DNA of 63,975 nt, counting the filler, from Choristocarpus tenellus KU-1152 (lineage: Eukaryota > Protista > Phaeophyceae): NCBI GenBank assembly GCA_964200185.2. It is 8 parts of 8 records of this genome, joined end to end, with 100 filler letters (N's around TTAATTAATTAA, not from the genome) between each part and the next. Parts side by side here need not be neighbours in the genome. Positions count along the whole stretch, not along the records: positions 26,235 to 37,772 come from CAXNAD020002269.1; positions 37,873 to 42,186 come from CAXNAD020015150.1; 6 more parts are not named here. One strand, 5' to 3'. Shown one piece after another: positions 26,135 through 39,720 of the stretch (its first letter is position 1; each line of letters opens with the position of its first letter). Below the pieces are notes generated by a model. That model made no database searches and had not been told where the DNA came from. It worked only from the letters and a program-made list of their open reading frames with translations. The position numbers and the translations under genes were made by a program.

Positions 26135-26469
26135 NNNNNNNNNNNNNNNNNNNNNNNNNNNNNNNNNNNNNNNNNNNNTTAATTAATTAANNNNNNNNNN
26201 NNNNNNNNNNNNNNNNNNNNNNNNNNNNNNNNNNAAACAAATCAACCAAAAAACCCGACCAGGAAAAATGGACCCTGAATGGACAGCCACCCCCCCCCCC
26301 CCCAGATACTTTGAGTCACCACTATTCACTACATTGAATGGAAGTATTTCACCAACACGAGAACCAATATTTGGCACATAGGAGGTCTGCATCTTTTACT
26401 ATACCAGACAGAAGAAACTAGCATCTATCCCCCACCCCCCCAATCAGAACACGAGCAAAAGAGACGTAC

Positions 26470-28362
26470 CAAGTGAGTTGAAGTTCAACTCGTTACGAAT
26501 GAAGCCACAGATCAAGAGGTGTAGCTTCTCTCCATAAAAATCCTCCTTGAAGACATGCAGCAAGTGTGGCTCCTGATGGTGACCGGAAGAAAGGGTAGGG
26601 CAGAGCGAGGCAAGGAGCAACCTCAGAACCCATCTCCAACAACTTGATCCATTCCCCTTATTGTTTCATGCACCTTTTCTAGTGCTGGTAAAAAAAACAA
26701 AAGCTCCTGTTTTCCGTTCACTTCAAGGTATTGGAAAATTGGCTAAAATAGTTCATACCCTCGCCAAATGATATTGCTAGATCAATATTGACCTCATCCT
26801 GATCTCCCCAGCTAAAGGCAACTGTGTTCAACCAGAAAGCTCCACGCATGGCTCTAGTGTACACCTTTCCATACATCCACAATAACGGTGCATCTTCAAA
26901 CCCTGGCGTGGCATGCTTTGCCAAAGGGGGTGCAGTGGCGATCACCCTCCCCAAAATTATTTTCTATCCTTTGTGAAGTAGTGATAGTAAATATATCTGC
27001 GCTGTGATTCTTGCAAAATGCTTGAACTATTGCTACTAGTAGCCTCAAGTGATCTAAATGCAGATAAACATAATTTCCTCACTTGCCTGGTGAGCTCAAA
27101 GAGCAAATCTGATGGCAACTTTCTCAAATTGGAGTACTTTGCACAACAAAAAGCGCCTTGTGCCTTGAGCCTGCAGGTAAACCATATCATGATGCTGCTT
27201 GCAATTGAGAGCCGGAAGCATGACCAACGCGAGCGTGGGCCAGTATGACGGCAAGACTCGAACTACGGAAAGCACAAAAGTGCAGTACTTCTAACCGTTT
27301 CGTCATAATAAAGAAAGGATTGAACATTACCTATCCTCTAATGTGGATTGAATTTTCTCCATGTCAAAGACTGTATTGCCACAACAACACAGCTACAACC
27401 CTCTCTACCGTAGTTACCTTACTGTAGTTACCTTGATCAAGCGCATCACATGGATAATGGGTTCTAAAGGAGAGGGAGAAAAAAACAGGGGTGGGTGCCT
27501 TGCAATCTTCTGAGGAGATGGGAAACCACGAATGTAACCACGGAAGCTGTGCAGGCAAATACAATTTCGACGCTGCATTCCGTGACAACCCATCAAACTT
27601 TCTCTACTCCAACCACCTTTGTCTCCCTTTCCTCAACTGTCGGACACCAACTTTCCCAGGGTAAGAAGCGCATCCCGGGCAGAGAAGAACTGAAAATACT
27701 TGGGAGAACAAGATTTTTTCCCTTGCACATGAGTGGAAGTGGAGGGGCACAGGGGCAAGCTCACTACAGAGGAGTAGGGGGAACTCACCACAGTCTTCTC
27801 CTTGTTGTCGAAATATGGATTCCAGCCGACAGACACCACCGCCCGGAAGATCTCCCCCCTCAATGAAGTATACCCCATATATATACCAGTTGACATATTG
27901 TCCACTGTGTGCCCTACTTCTGACATATCCATGTTCGCGGTGGGAATACCCAGGAGCTTAGACCCTCGCCCGAATCCCTTCACGACCGTGGCAGACATAC
28001 ATACCTCCACCGATTCTTCCGTGGGATAGGCAACAGTCGACAGCCGTAGAGTAGCGGGGATAGGAGAGAGTTAACACTAATATCCGGAAAATGAGTTTTG
28101 CTGGGTCAGACTTGGATAGTTTCCCCCATATTGCAACTAGGAAGAGCATGGCCATACTGCAGACATCCTCGCCTTCACACTCATCTAGCTAATCGGACGC
28201 AATCCACCCCTCACCTCCAACATCCCCCCTTTGTATTCTTGCCACGTAGTCCGAAGGACCGAGAGACTTCTCCTTCTCCCCGCCCGAAACCTCCTCAGGC
28301 ACCTCTCCTTTGTTGGAAGACACATCTTCGTTCAGAGCCGCATCTCCTTTCTCCTCGGCCAT
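26470..28362 (-). CDS. RFK: Riboflavin kinase; 3 exons, 3'-partial
   Basis: Exons 28362-28215 (MAEEKGDAA...), 28015-27789 (VVKGFGRGSKLLGIPTAN...VVSVGWNPYFDNKEKTV) and 26572-26470 (EPHLLHVFKEDFYGEKLHLLICGFIRNELNFNSL). Flavokinase PTAN and WNPY motifs present; phases 1 and 0 consistent. Confidence 0.95.
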
Positions 28363-30014
28363 ACCCACTACTTACTTCTTCCTCGCGAGCTCAGCAAACT
28401 GTTAAATGGATTAAGTAACCCCCTTGCTCTCTCCTCCTCCAACTTTGTGTGCAACGGTCAATTACCTCTCTTAAGTTTTGAGTTGGACTTGTATTCTAGA
28501 GATGGTACAAATTCAACATTGTTTTTTGATGGTTTCGATTTTTTCCCAGTCTTGATCAGTCCTCACACACCACACGCAGGAGCGTTACATGTCTGGTAGA
28601 AGAGGAAAATGCACCGTGGTGAGAAGGAATATCGAGTTGAGGGAATTGGTGTGTTCTAGCCTTTGCTGGAGAGAGACATTCCGTCTCGTCTTTCGTGGTA
28701 GGAGGGGTTGCATCTTGACATGGATCCTCACAGGTTTCCCTTACTCAATCCTGAGCACCGATAGTTCGCCGCGTGATTCGGTCCGATGTGCTTGGTTCAT
28801 GAATCCACTTCGGGAGCAGATTTGTGTCGCTCAAGAGAAATCTTGGGGACTAATGCTGTGGATGGTTTGGCCTTTCACATGTAACCACTAATGATGTGGG
28901 TGACGATACCCCCTTGAGCATTTAACATCAGTGGAGATCGATCGAAGGTCAGGACCAACTGTCTTAGCAGAGAACTCAACTTGGTTGGGTGGTAATTGGG
29001 ATCTGAGTAGGTCCAAAAGGGACTTAGCGTCGTTAGAAGAGGGATGTGTAGTTACGAAGGCAATAATACCCTTGCATAGCAAACCCAACCTCGATATGGG
29101 GGACTCAGTTTACCGCCTACCTTCTTGCCTCAATCAAATTAGCAGGAATCGTTTGCTCAAAGAGGACTTGCCCCTGCCCAGACATGTCAATCCACCCAAT
29201 TTAGGGTCGCTGGAGGGAACTGTTGGTCCTCCACGAAGCGTTGCTTCGTTAGAAGGGATGAAGAAGGGACTGCTTGGACGAATCCATTCCCCTGGCAAGA
29301 CACCTCAGAAATTACTGAGAGAGGCGAAGTTTTGAGTTCAGGGTTAATGCGTTAATGATTGTATTTTGTGCGGGTGCATGTTTCTGAGTGGTGTACATTT
29401 GTGTGTTTGTGTGTATGTGTGTTATGGCTGTGTGCACCTGTTCCTTCATATGTAACCTGGTTGCCAAACAAAAGGGTGGTTTTGTCGAAGACTCTTGCAG
29501 GGTTCTGGATGGGGGCTGTGGCGGAAGCATTCAGACTATCCATTGCTTTCCTAGCGCACAGAAAGGTGGAGGACTGGCTTATGAGAAGGTGCAAATGAGA
29601 AGCGCAGGAAATTCATGGTGTATGTAGTGGCCACTGTGATGTTGGTTTTCCTTTTCCTTTCAATGGTGTGTTTTCACTGTTGATCAGAGTAGATGATATT
29701 AGGTGTATCCATATAGTTCCATGTGCAGTATAAAAAACCTTGTGAGTAAATAACATTTATTTTTGCTGGGTATTATTATTGTATTGTTATGTTTTTGAGG
29801 CCTTTTTCTGAGCAGTCTTTACTCATGGAATGCTCTGACCTGACTCTTAATCCGTGGCTGTGGTACTTCTCTCTAGTATTATTGCATTGTGTGCAAAATT
29901 TCCTCTACTCTGTGGTGTCAACTCTCAGCTTTTTTTTCCCCTTGGTTTATACCCTAAGACTAATCATTGCTTCGTTATTTTGATACATAGTCTTAACTTC
30001 TTAATTCACCATAT

Positions 30015-30273
30015 GAGGCAAAACATTTAAGAGGGGAGGAGTGTTTCCCTGTTTGTCCACTTGGGGCTTGACTTCCCAGAGGTTTTTTATGCCCTTTTTT
30101 GGTTTTCTGTGTGAACACAGTTACCTAAAAATTGTAGGACTATGAAAGTTGTGTCCGGAACAAGGATATTGACACTTGCTGACAAACACGATAGCCAAAA
30201 TTACACCAAAATTGCAACATTGAATAGATGTCCCCGAACGAACACGGCCCTACCCTCTTAATTGCTTTGACTC
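30015..30273 (+). mobile_element. MITE family A2 copy
   Basis: GAGGCAAAACATTTAAGAGGG...TACCCTCTTAATTGCTTTGACTC; flanked by TAT/TAT. Confidence 0.88.
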
Positions 30274-30299
30274 TATTGTACATAGTGTTTTATTGTGCC

Positions 30300-33200
30300 A
30301 TGTGTGTACAAGCAATCGTGCATTGATGATAGTGTATTGACACAACATAAACAAGTGAAGAAGAGTTCATTTGGGTCAAAGGACACAAAGGCCATGCAGA
30401 AAGGGACTAATCCAAGGTTTGGTACTTGCACATCACAGCAGAGGTCATGGCTAAGTTTGGTGATGACTGATTTACAAATTCCACCATTGCTCATTCTTTG
30501 AACATCTAAGCAGCAATCATTTATGCGGCCCCCCTCAGGAGACTCCGAGCCCATGTATATCACAGGGCAGAGTGCGCCTACATAAGGAGCAACTTTGCTG
30601 TAAGAGTACAGATTGAGGCATGCAAACCATTGTGTACTTGTATGCAAGCAAATGGCATAGGAAAGGAAGAAGCGTAAGATTGCTGTGTAAGACAAGAATG
30701 TGCTCTGTGTCAACTATAGTCGACCATTGTGGGTGAGAAGTGCAGCGAGATTTTGGTAAGAAACTAAAAGAGAACCAGGAGAGACTAGAGGAGACTGAGC
30801 GATCTTTTTCCACCCACCCAACCTCCATCGCTCATATGCCTGATGCAAGCGGGGCAGGATGGGAGAAATAATGTTTTCGACGGAGTAGATTATTCTGAAA
30901 TCAATTATGTTGGGATCGATGTTAAAGGGGTTGAATGAATGTGGTTCAAGTAACAGGAATAAAAAATTGGATGAGAAATTGGTGGGATGAGTCGATAGGA
31001 CTACAATTGATGGGTATGAAGTATGTCCCATGATTTGGGGAGAGTTATGCACGCTCAATTGTGTGGGAAATGCGGGCAATATTTGGTGGTGTGGAGCTGG
31101 GCAGGAGGTTTGGGTCAATACATCAGTTTGGAGGGGTTTTGTCAAGGGCAATTAATTGGTAGTGTCAGAAATTTCATTGGGGATTGTGTCAGTGCTACAT
31201 CAGGTACAGTGTATAGGATGGCACATTCCCATCGACCCAATATTTTGAAGGAGTGATTCCAATCAACCTCGGGTCACCCTGTGTGTGACAATTGTTGGAT
31301 GTTTCGGATGAGTGTAGTTGTGGGACTGGAGAATATGGTAGGAGAAATGTTGTGGAAGTGTTGGAAGATGAAGGGCGAAGGAGGGGAGAGCGAAATCCGG
31401 TGTTATATTATAATACAGAAGTTTGTGAGAGTAAGCAAAAGGTAATTAACCATGGTAGGTTCTTTAACTGAATGGGTGGCGACTGTTTTCTTACCCTAAA
31501 TTGCACCATTGTGAGTACTTGGTGCCTGTGGGTCGTTGTATATATTGGAAATTTTTGTGTTGTGGGGTGAAGAGTATGATCTGTAAGTTATCAGCACTTG
31601 TAGTTGGTAAGGTCAGGCTCATGATTTCAGCGGAGTAGGAGCTGTTGCTCGGTTTGGAATTCATGAGGAGGATATGCACATCTATTTTTACTATTTGTTG
31701 GGGGAGCAATAGTAGAACTTTAGGGTCCCTAGCACATGATGCTTCAGCGGAGTGCGTATGGAATGAGCTTGTGTAGGGTTGTGGTGTGATGGGCAAATCA
31801 AGTTTATAGAGTGGAAATGGCATCGCAATGGACTGAGTAATATAACTTAGTGTGGAGGAAGCAGTGCAATGGTCTTGTATGAACGGTGGCTTAACCCTCC
31901 TAGTGCTTGAACATACACTCGACAAATCTACGTGGCTGTGTAGTTTGATTGGTAGATCTAGTTTGGGGTGGAAAGGGAAGCGCTCCAGAATGAGTAATGT
32001 GAAATGAGGATGGTGAATGCAGTGTGACTTCTGGAGTAGGGAGTTTGCAAGTGCGTGTGTGTAGCAGTAGTGTGATTGCTTAATGTATTTGGGAGGAGGG
32101 CACATTGTGGGCTGGGGGCTACAGGATAGTGTAAATCGGGGCGTTAGAGGGATCCTATTGCCTGAATAGCCTAAAATGAGTGTGTTGGATTACAAAACAG
32201 AACTGGCGAGTATGAGCACATACCACTCTGTTGTAGGATCCTAGCACTGCAGCACTCAATGTAAGTAAATTAGCATTTTGGGAAGGGTTGGTCTGTTTCT
32301 GAAGTTGGCTTAAGTCCCTCCCAGTAGTAACTGTGGTATAGGACACGGCAGGATCAGTGATGCTGTGGTGATGTGTAATGCTCCCCCAGCCCACATGATC
32401 ATAATATGAAAGTACATTATGGTTAACAACTGTGTAGCATCATAAGTTGCAATCTTACAATACAGCATACATCGGCCTATGTCTTAGAGGTACCATGTCT
32501 TCCGAGTAATACTGTAAGTTATACTCCCAAGTGTTTTGAAGAGTTTTTGGGTAGGGGTTGTAGATCAACCCCCCCCCCCCCCCCCCTTGCAGTGCAGAAT
32601 GGGGTAACAATCCAGTGAGGAGGGGGGTTTATTTGTGTTAATAANNNNNNNNNNCCCCTCCCCCCCACCTTGAATCGAATATGGAGGTAAGATCCTGGAG
32701 AGTGGGGAGTTTATCTTGTAGTAACAAGATACATTGGTTGTAAAATAGTAACTTGCTAAAATTTTTGTGGAATAGCAACAGTCCACAAATGCAGGATGTC
32801 CACTACTGTGCAATAATCAAATTGCACCGCAACTTTAATTATCACATTTGCACAACAAACACTTTCGCTGTACTTGGTACACGTTTCTGAAGAGATACCA
32901 AGGTTAGAGAATAGCCTATGCGGTATTAAATGTCTTCTATGTAGTCGGTTGGATGGAACGGGTATCGCCTTGCCCTGTATTAACAGTTTCATAACGTTTC
33001 TTTCTATAGGTACGCATGATTATGTCAAGCAGTAACAAGAGGAAGTGAGCTTGAGGCATGCTCACATGTAGATTAATGTACTTTGTGGACTTCACATGAG
33101 TCTGTTGGTGTGCAATACTAGCAGATGCTGGCTGCTTGGAAAACAGGAGGTCCTGTCCACCCATCAACATATTCTGGCTCTCCCTCCCCCCTCTAAAGCT

Positions 33201-34300
33201 GTAACCCTAAATTCATGAGGAATGTAGCTCTTGCTCTGTTTTTGAGGAGGCACTACTCAATACCATCTTCCCTATTGCTTCACCACACTCCTTAATGATA
33301 TCATACAGTAGAAGTGGTTCATCAAATGTCCCCTCCACAACAACATTGTGTGCTATTAGAGGTATGTCCTGCATCTGGACAGTTCAGCTCCTCAACTAAC
33401 CTTACAACTATGATGTGGAGGCTTCTGATAATGTAGCAATGCGACCACACATCCATGTGGTTTGACAAAATAAAAAAGGATCATCTTCATCCAACTCAGG
33501 CAGCATTTACTGGAGAGGCGAAGCGCAATACTGTGTGTCTTCTATAGAGCAGATCTGAAAAATCAGTCTTATAAAGCTCTTACGAAAGCACTTTCTGATG
33601 GGCATATTTCCTCTACCAGTCAGACATCAGGGATTGTACTCCAGACTTGAGAGATAACGAGGAGAATCTAATGCCTGCTTTGCAATCTACTAGTGTGTGA
33701 GGGGTTAAGTATTTACAAAGAGAGCTACCTGAAAGCCATTGGGACTGCAGCAAGAGAGCATAGAGACGAGAAGGTCTTTGAGTATATGAAAGGCGTGTCG
33801 ACTGTGGTGGTACACAAAATATGAGGGAAGTAGATATTACAGGTATACCTACAAAGTATTAGGTCAGGAACAGTTACATACAGCCTTTCAACCATCCCAG
33901 ACTATAGGATGCTTCATGACCTCTCCCTAGCTAAAATTGATTCCGTACCCCTTCTCACTACTATCTATGATACCAAGTGCAACACACCTTATCTACTCCC
34001 CAAGTTGTTCGACAGTTTTGGTTCACATTTTGGTCTTGATAATTGTACCCGTTGTCACCCATTTTGAAGTCATCTGATTGGATTGAACTCTTTGACCTTG
34101 TCTGGCGCACCTTGCACCCTCTTGACCACTTCTTGCAGAGTTGGCATCCTTTTTTTGTCCACTGCCCCCCCGCAAAAGCAAAGATACAGGAATGCGAGTA
34201 GTCAGCTAACCATCCTGTCCTGTATCCAAACCAAACCTGCTCTATTCTTGAGTGGAAGCATACTAGAGCTGTGCTGAATCTACAGCTTCTCTGAGAGGTC
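30300..34300 (-). mobile_element. Decayed non-LTR (LINE-like) retrotransposon with RT and RNase H traces
   Basis: Broken minus frames: DPAVSY...DLSQLQKQ (~32300-32355, position of the RT YADD region), a KAFD-like stretch near 32925-32945, and EASCA...NSSYSAEIMSL (RNase H-like) in ORF 31491-32105. Many stops. Confidence 0.45.
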
Positions 34301-35469
34301 TGCCTCAATCTATTGCTTTCGTTGTCGATAGGTCATGGTGTGCTATATGTACACTGGAGGAATGCCTATAGCAGCAACTACATACAAATCCCTCATTATG
34401 GCAGACCATGAAGTGGACATCTAACTCAAGCAATGGTACCAACAGGGAGCTCAAAAGTAGTAGTAGTGTTCATACTGGATGCGAGGCAGGAGGAGGGTGT
34501 TCCCGTTGACCGTTTTACAAAGGAAAACACAATCACAAGATTTTGTGGGAGGCATGCTACTGAGAGTTTGGTGAGAGTCTGCCGTTGAAATATAGATATT
34601 ATGATCCAGGTGATTGTTCAATCAATTATCCTACTTGCACATAAAAGCGTTAACCCACAGTATCTCCCCCCCACATTTATTTATGCTTCAGACTGAATCT
34701 TGGAGCCCGTGTGCCCCAAGACAGTATGGTGGACTCTTGAAACAACCGTCCGCATGTTTACTCCCATCATTAACTCTCACCATACCCTCAGCAGCATGCC
34801 TTCCCCAACATCTTGGGGGTCGTGTTGTTTAAAAAGGGATTTTTCATTTTGAATACCCTCTCCCTCTATGGCATCCTGTGTGAGCACTACTGATGCTATG
34901 GGACCATTGGTGGAGTCCGATGTGCGCCGTATACGCTGATCGACAACGACTACCATCGAGCAATTCATATGTAGCTACTGGAGGACACCCTTCCAACATA
35001 CAAAATCCATTGTATCTACAAATACCTCATACAGTTAGTCTATGCGTTCGGCTATTGACATCAACGTTGAGGCAGGTGGAGAGAAAATGATTCGGCAAGC
35101 CTCTAGTGCGCTTGCAACTCAGAACTCCATTACGGATCGTAGGTTGGGTCTGCGTAAGGTTGGTACAGGATACTATCAATACTACGAAATATATGGAGTT
35201 TTGATACATATAATATTATCTCTCCCATCACTTTAAAAAAAGGTATATTGAGTGAGAGAGAACGCCTCTATACGTAGATGTACTCCCAATATCATCATCG
35301 TTTTGTCCCCCTCAACACCTACTACTTCAAAGTGAGACAGCACTGGTGCAGCTCCTTTGCAAGTATGCTTGGACATCAAAGCTGAATTTTAATTGACTTT
35401 GAAAGGTGGTCTCGAAGTAGGTTGGGCACTCATTGAACTTGGGTACAAGTAGGTGGAGGTACGAAAGTG

Positions 35470-36157
35470 ATGGGGGATGTAGCTGACATCCTGGGACTTG
35501 GTGGGGAAGGGAATGGAAGGACATCACCTGCGCTGGGTGGTCCTCTCGGTCCTCTCCAGGAAAATAGACGGAAGAAGGGAAAAGGGGTTGCGAAAGGCAT
35601 AGCCTCGGGATGGAAGAGGAGCAAAGCTGCTGGAGTTAGTAGGGAGGTCTACGCGCTCTTGGGGCAACAAGGTCTCCCACCCGAGGTCAGACTAAGCTGA
35701 GGGGGTTGTACCCTTCTCTTACTCCTCTTTCCTTTGCTATCATGTCCACAGTAGATGTGCTTGCTTTGTTTTGAAGGTGTGCTAACTGCTGGGATGGAGG
35801 CAAGGCTACCTAGTCAGGGTTTGGTGTTTGGTTTATTGGATCCTGGAGCCAATCAATCGTCAATCAATCGTAGACGTCGAGAGCGTTCACATGACTGCCT
35901 CCCTGTAAATGATTGGTTTTTGAAAATAATCTTGGCCACGTGGTGATAAAGTCGTCCTGCAAAGGTACATGGAATGCCCTGTGCAACCTTCAGAACAACC
36001 GTTCCAACTCATACAGCGTAGTGGTTCGTCCACCACTTGGGTCACCTCTGAACCGTCGACTGAGTCAATTTTTGACCCTATCTCCGTCGCAGGGACCGGT
36101 GACGAAACCATCTTTGTTCAAAGACAAGCGTGATGTTAACACCGGGCCATCTACATG
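35470..36157 (+). CDS. DMAP1: DNA methyltransferase 1-associated protein 1 / SWC4 (NuA4-SWR1 subunit); exons 1-2, 3'-partial
   Basis: Exon 35470-35685 MGDVADILGL...GVSREVYALLG matches the DVxDIL and REVYALL N-terminal signature; exon 36093-36157 GPVTKPSLFKDKR...W; GT-AG, phase 0. Confidence 0.88.
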
Positions 36158-37267
36158 GTGCGTATGACTACGGAAAAGATATCACTTGATTCTAGAGTTT
36201 CCTAATCGAAGAGAGTGAAGCAGACGATTTGCAGAGTATGGTTTGTCCATGAGTGGGGATATACTTTGAGGATGGAACGCTTCATTGTGCTTTGGGTTCA
36301 TAGTTTTCATACTCACTATAAGACCTCACTCATAGTCAGAGTCTGTATCGCCTGAACAGACAATAGCGTGTGGGAACACTTGTGACTGAGGTTAGGCACC
36401 CAATATGTAGTAATATCAACTTCAGTAAATAACAAATCCCAATTTAGTGTGTTTAATATTTGACTAACTCTGAACGAAGTTCAGCAAAAAATTACTCACT
36501 GAGGGGAGATGATTCTATGACCAACGTTTCTTTGGCATCTACAGAGGTTTTCATACTGCAGACCAAAGACAAATCTTGTCAACAGTGATAGTTCTCCAGG
36601 GATGTGTCTACTACGAAAAGACCTTTTGCAAGAGGTGACAGTGAGCCTTTCCTACACTTCTAATTGCTCCCACTTACTCTGTTCTCACAAGCCAGGCATT
36701 GTATCTGCGGTTGACTTCGTGAATTTCAGTATCTCTGGCTGGTGCTGCTTTCACATGTATCTTAGTTGTTCACATGCATCTTAGTTGTGAATGTGCATGG
36801 TGAGAATATACTAAGACTAAGGAGGTAGGGGAGATATGCAGTGTTAACAGATCACATTGTATATGATGGGGCGCAAGGCTACCCTTGCAGCCCAAGCGCT
36901 TGTCACTTTTGACCCAACTCTCAAGAGATGTTGTTCAAGGACTCTGCCCCCCCCACGCGTAGGAAGTGGTCATCATTCACAAGCTCAGCCAGGTCAGATG
37001 GTGTCTCCTTCCAACATTGGGAGAAATCCAATTCGGAACAAGGAGACTATCCATACGCAAGGTGAGCAGTAACATTGGTATTGCCTGTGTAGGACCTCTT
37101 GATCAGCCAGGCCATGTTTCCAACCAATGTAATGTCCATTATCCAATGAAGATAGGCGGACGGGTGTCCTCTTTGGTGGTCGTCCAAGCTGTACGTAAGG
37201 GTCATAGACAACTATCGTATTCTTGGTCATGTAAGCCTGTATATATATATTTTGTCATGTGCTGCTC

Positions 37268-37309
<42 letters not shown>

Positions 37310-38432
37310 TGTGGTACGTTGACTCACGAGCACAGCAGAAACTTCTATTAATTTACTCGGGAAAAATATTTCACAAGGGCATATGCTGTGGATTTTGTTA
37401 GGGATGTATACTTCAAGTACTCTACTTCTTCAATTCGTCTAAGTATATTTGAAGATGTACTCTACGTAGTAGTTTTTATTTTTTTTCTGGTGCAGCAGGT
37501 GCCTTGGTCTTGCGCTTGTGAACATACGGCAGCTGTGCTGTTTTGGGGGAAAAAAATTCGATGCTTCAGGTGGTTCAAAGCACTTTTTTTTTTATTGTGT
37601 ATGGAGAGTGTTCGTATGTGTTGGTTTTTGTCCGCAACAACCCTTCCCCCCCTCCTCCTGTCCCCTCCCTGGCTCAATGTATCTGAAGGGGGGGGGGGGG
37701 GGCCTAACCCCGGGTGCCCTTTTGGGCCCGGCCCAGGAGAGGTGCCCTTACATTATCCACCTTTTGCATCCANNNNNNNNNNNNNNNNNNNNNNNNNNNN
37801 NNNNNNNNNNNNNNNNTTAATTAATTAANNNNNNNNNNNNNNNNNNNNNNNNNNNNNNNNNNNNNNNNNNNNGGTGGGGAGAGTAGCCACCAGTACGAAA
37901 GCTGCATGTTGGTGGTGTTTTATAGAGGAGAGGCCTAGATCCCCCGCACTTGTAGGCATCTGTTCCTGTACTTGTTGGTGGGTCTCTCAACGGAGAGACC
38001 TATTGTTGCACCCTCCCTCAAAGAAACCTGTCACCTCTGTCGCATCAGCTATCTCCATTATCCAGTGCCGACTCCGTTCCCACTCTGCCATTTTTCTTGC
38101 GACCTGGGGGCCCAGTTCCGGCTAAACCTGTGGGATAAAAGGACAGTGTGATACACGAAAAACAGATCGGGAATGTGAGTGTACAAATGGCGAGGAAGAA
38201 CTACCTAGGCAACGTCTATACTATGACGGTCGAAAACCACTCGTTTACGACTATAGGTGGATGATGTGGCGATTCCTCAGAGCCACAGAAGCCCTCACAC
38301 CCATGAAGACGACGAGTCCAGGGAGGGAATCTCGTAGACGACGAATGAAGACCACAAACCCAGGTGGAACAAGAAAGGAATCCAGGTGGAACAAGAAAAC
38401 AGTCCAGGTAGAACAAGCAAACAATCCTATGC

Positions 38433-38691
38433 GAATGAAAGTATCTTAGAGGGTACGATTTCTGCCCTGTTTGTCCATTTGGGGCTTGGCTTCCCACAGG
38501 TTTTTAATGGCATTTTACCTACTCCAAGATGTTCCGGCGTAGGTAAATTGTTTACATTATGAAAAGTTGTGTGCGGAACTAGGATATTGACATCTCCTAA
38601 CTAATATGATAGCCAAAATTACATCAAAATTGCAACATTGGATTTTGGTCCCCAAATGGACGCGGATCTACCCTCTAAGATACTTTGACTC
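38433..38691 (+). mobile_element. MITE family A copy, ATGC/ATGT near-TSD
   Basis: GAATGAAAGTATCTTAGAGGGTA...TACCCTCTAAGATACTTTGACTC. Confidence 0.93.
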
Positions 38692-38899
38692 ATGTCTTGG
38701 GGTGAACAAGGAGTAATCCCTTCAGTTTGAAGAGAGGCGGGGGGACCTCCATGTGACAGGCGCCCCTCGATGCTCACCTTTCCAGGATGTACAAGTCAAG
38801 TCCAATTCCCAGATTATCGAATGTCAGCTCAGCAGGACAGGGGACTCTTAATTGATTCAATCAGTATAAAATGTATATAAATATACAACAGGTGACCCC

Positions 38900-39720
38900 T
38901 ATTGCACACCTCGTCAAAATAGCAACAACCGCTGACTCCAATACTACATACGGGCGACGTTCTTGACATCATCACACAGTCCACACAGAACCAAGCGCTA
39001 AGGATACATCCTAAATGCAGAATATGCCACACTTCATAAAAAAAAAAGGACCAACCCTCCATGACTGAAGACACTCAAAGAGACCATTTTCCGACCCCTG
39101 GTCAGGGTCCAAATGGACACCCTGGTGCAGACCCCCTTCATCTCATCGTCTCCATCCAGACCACAGTGCCATAAATTCCTTGGAGGTAGTCCACACCGAT
39201 ATTTGCGCCTAGTGACGCAACTTGTTGGCGATAAGGATATTTCTCGGTGAAGGAGAAGACAGCGACACATGGCTACAGGCTCATCATCACTGTTACCCTC
39301 ATCACTCTTCTCTCCTGATCAGAAAAATACTTAGATGGAAAATGTCAAAAATACAGTCTCTTCATCTCATTGTCTCCATCCAGACCACAGTGCGACAAAT
39401 TCCATGGAGGTAGTCCACACCGATATTTATGCCTAGCAACGTTCAGAGGTCCGAGCGTGAAGGTAAGAATAAGAGAGCAGCGGTGTTTCACTGCGCATGG
39501 AATAGCCAAAGTATGCAAGAGGTACCATGTGGTCAGAGCCACACAATCCACAAAATGTTAGTGCCATTGACATTCATGTTACTAGTTTTTTATTTGTTGT
39601 ACATGTGAATCGTGTGATTCTCTGACGGAGTGGTTCACTTCGGCAAGCAAGAGTGGTAAAGAAAATATCCACCAGACTGACGGATCCAAAGGATCAAGAC
39701 AAACCGTAACCGACAGGGAG
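38900..39720 (+). mobile_element. Decayed Copia integrase region with an ~80-bp internal duplication
   Basis: HSAINSLEVVHTDICA (~39161-39208) and HSATNSMEVVHTDIYA (~39385-39432) resemble the Copia rve start RATxPLELVHTDICGP. Confidence 0.55.
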
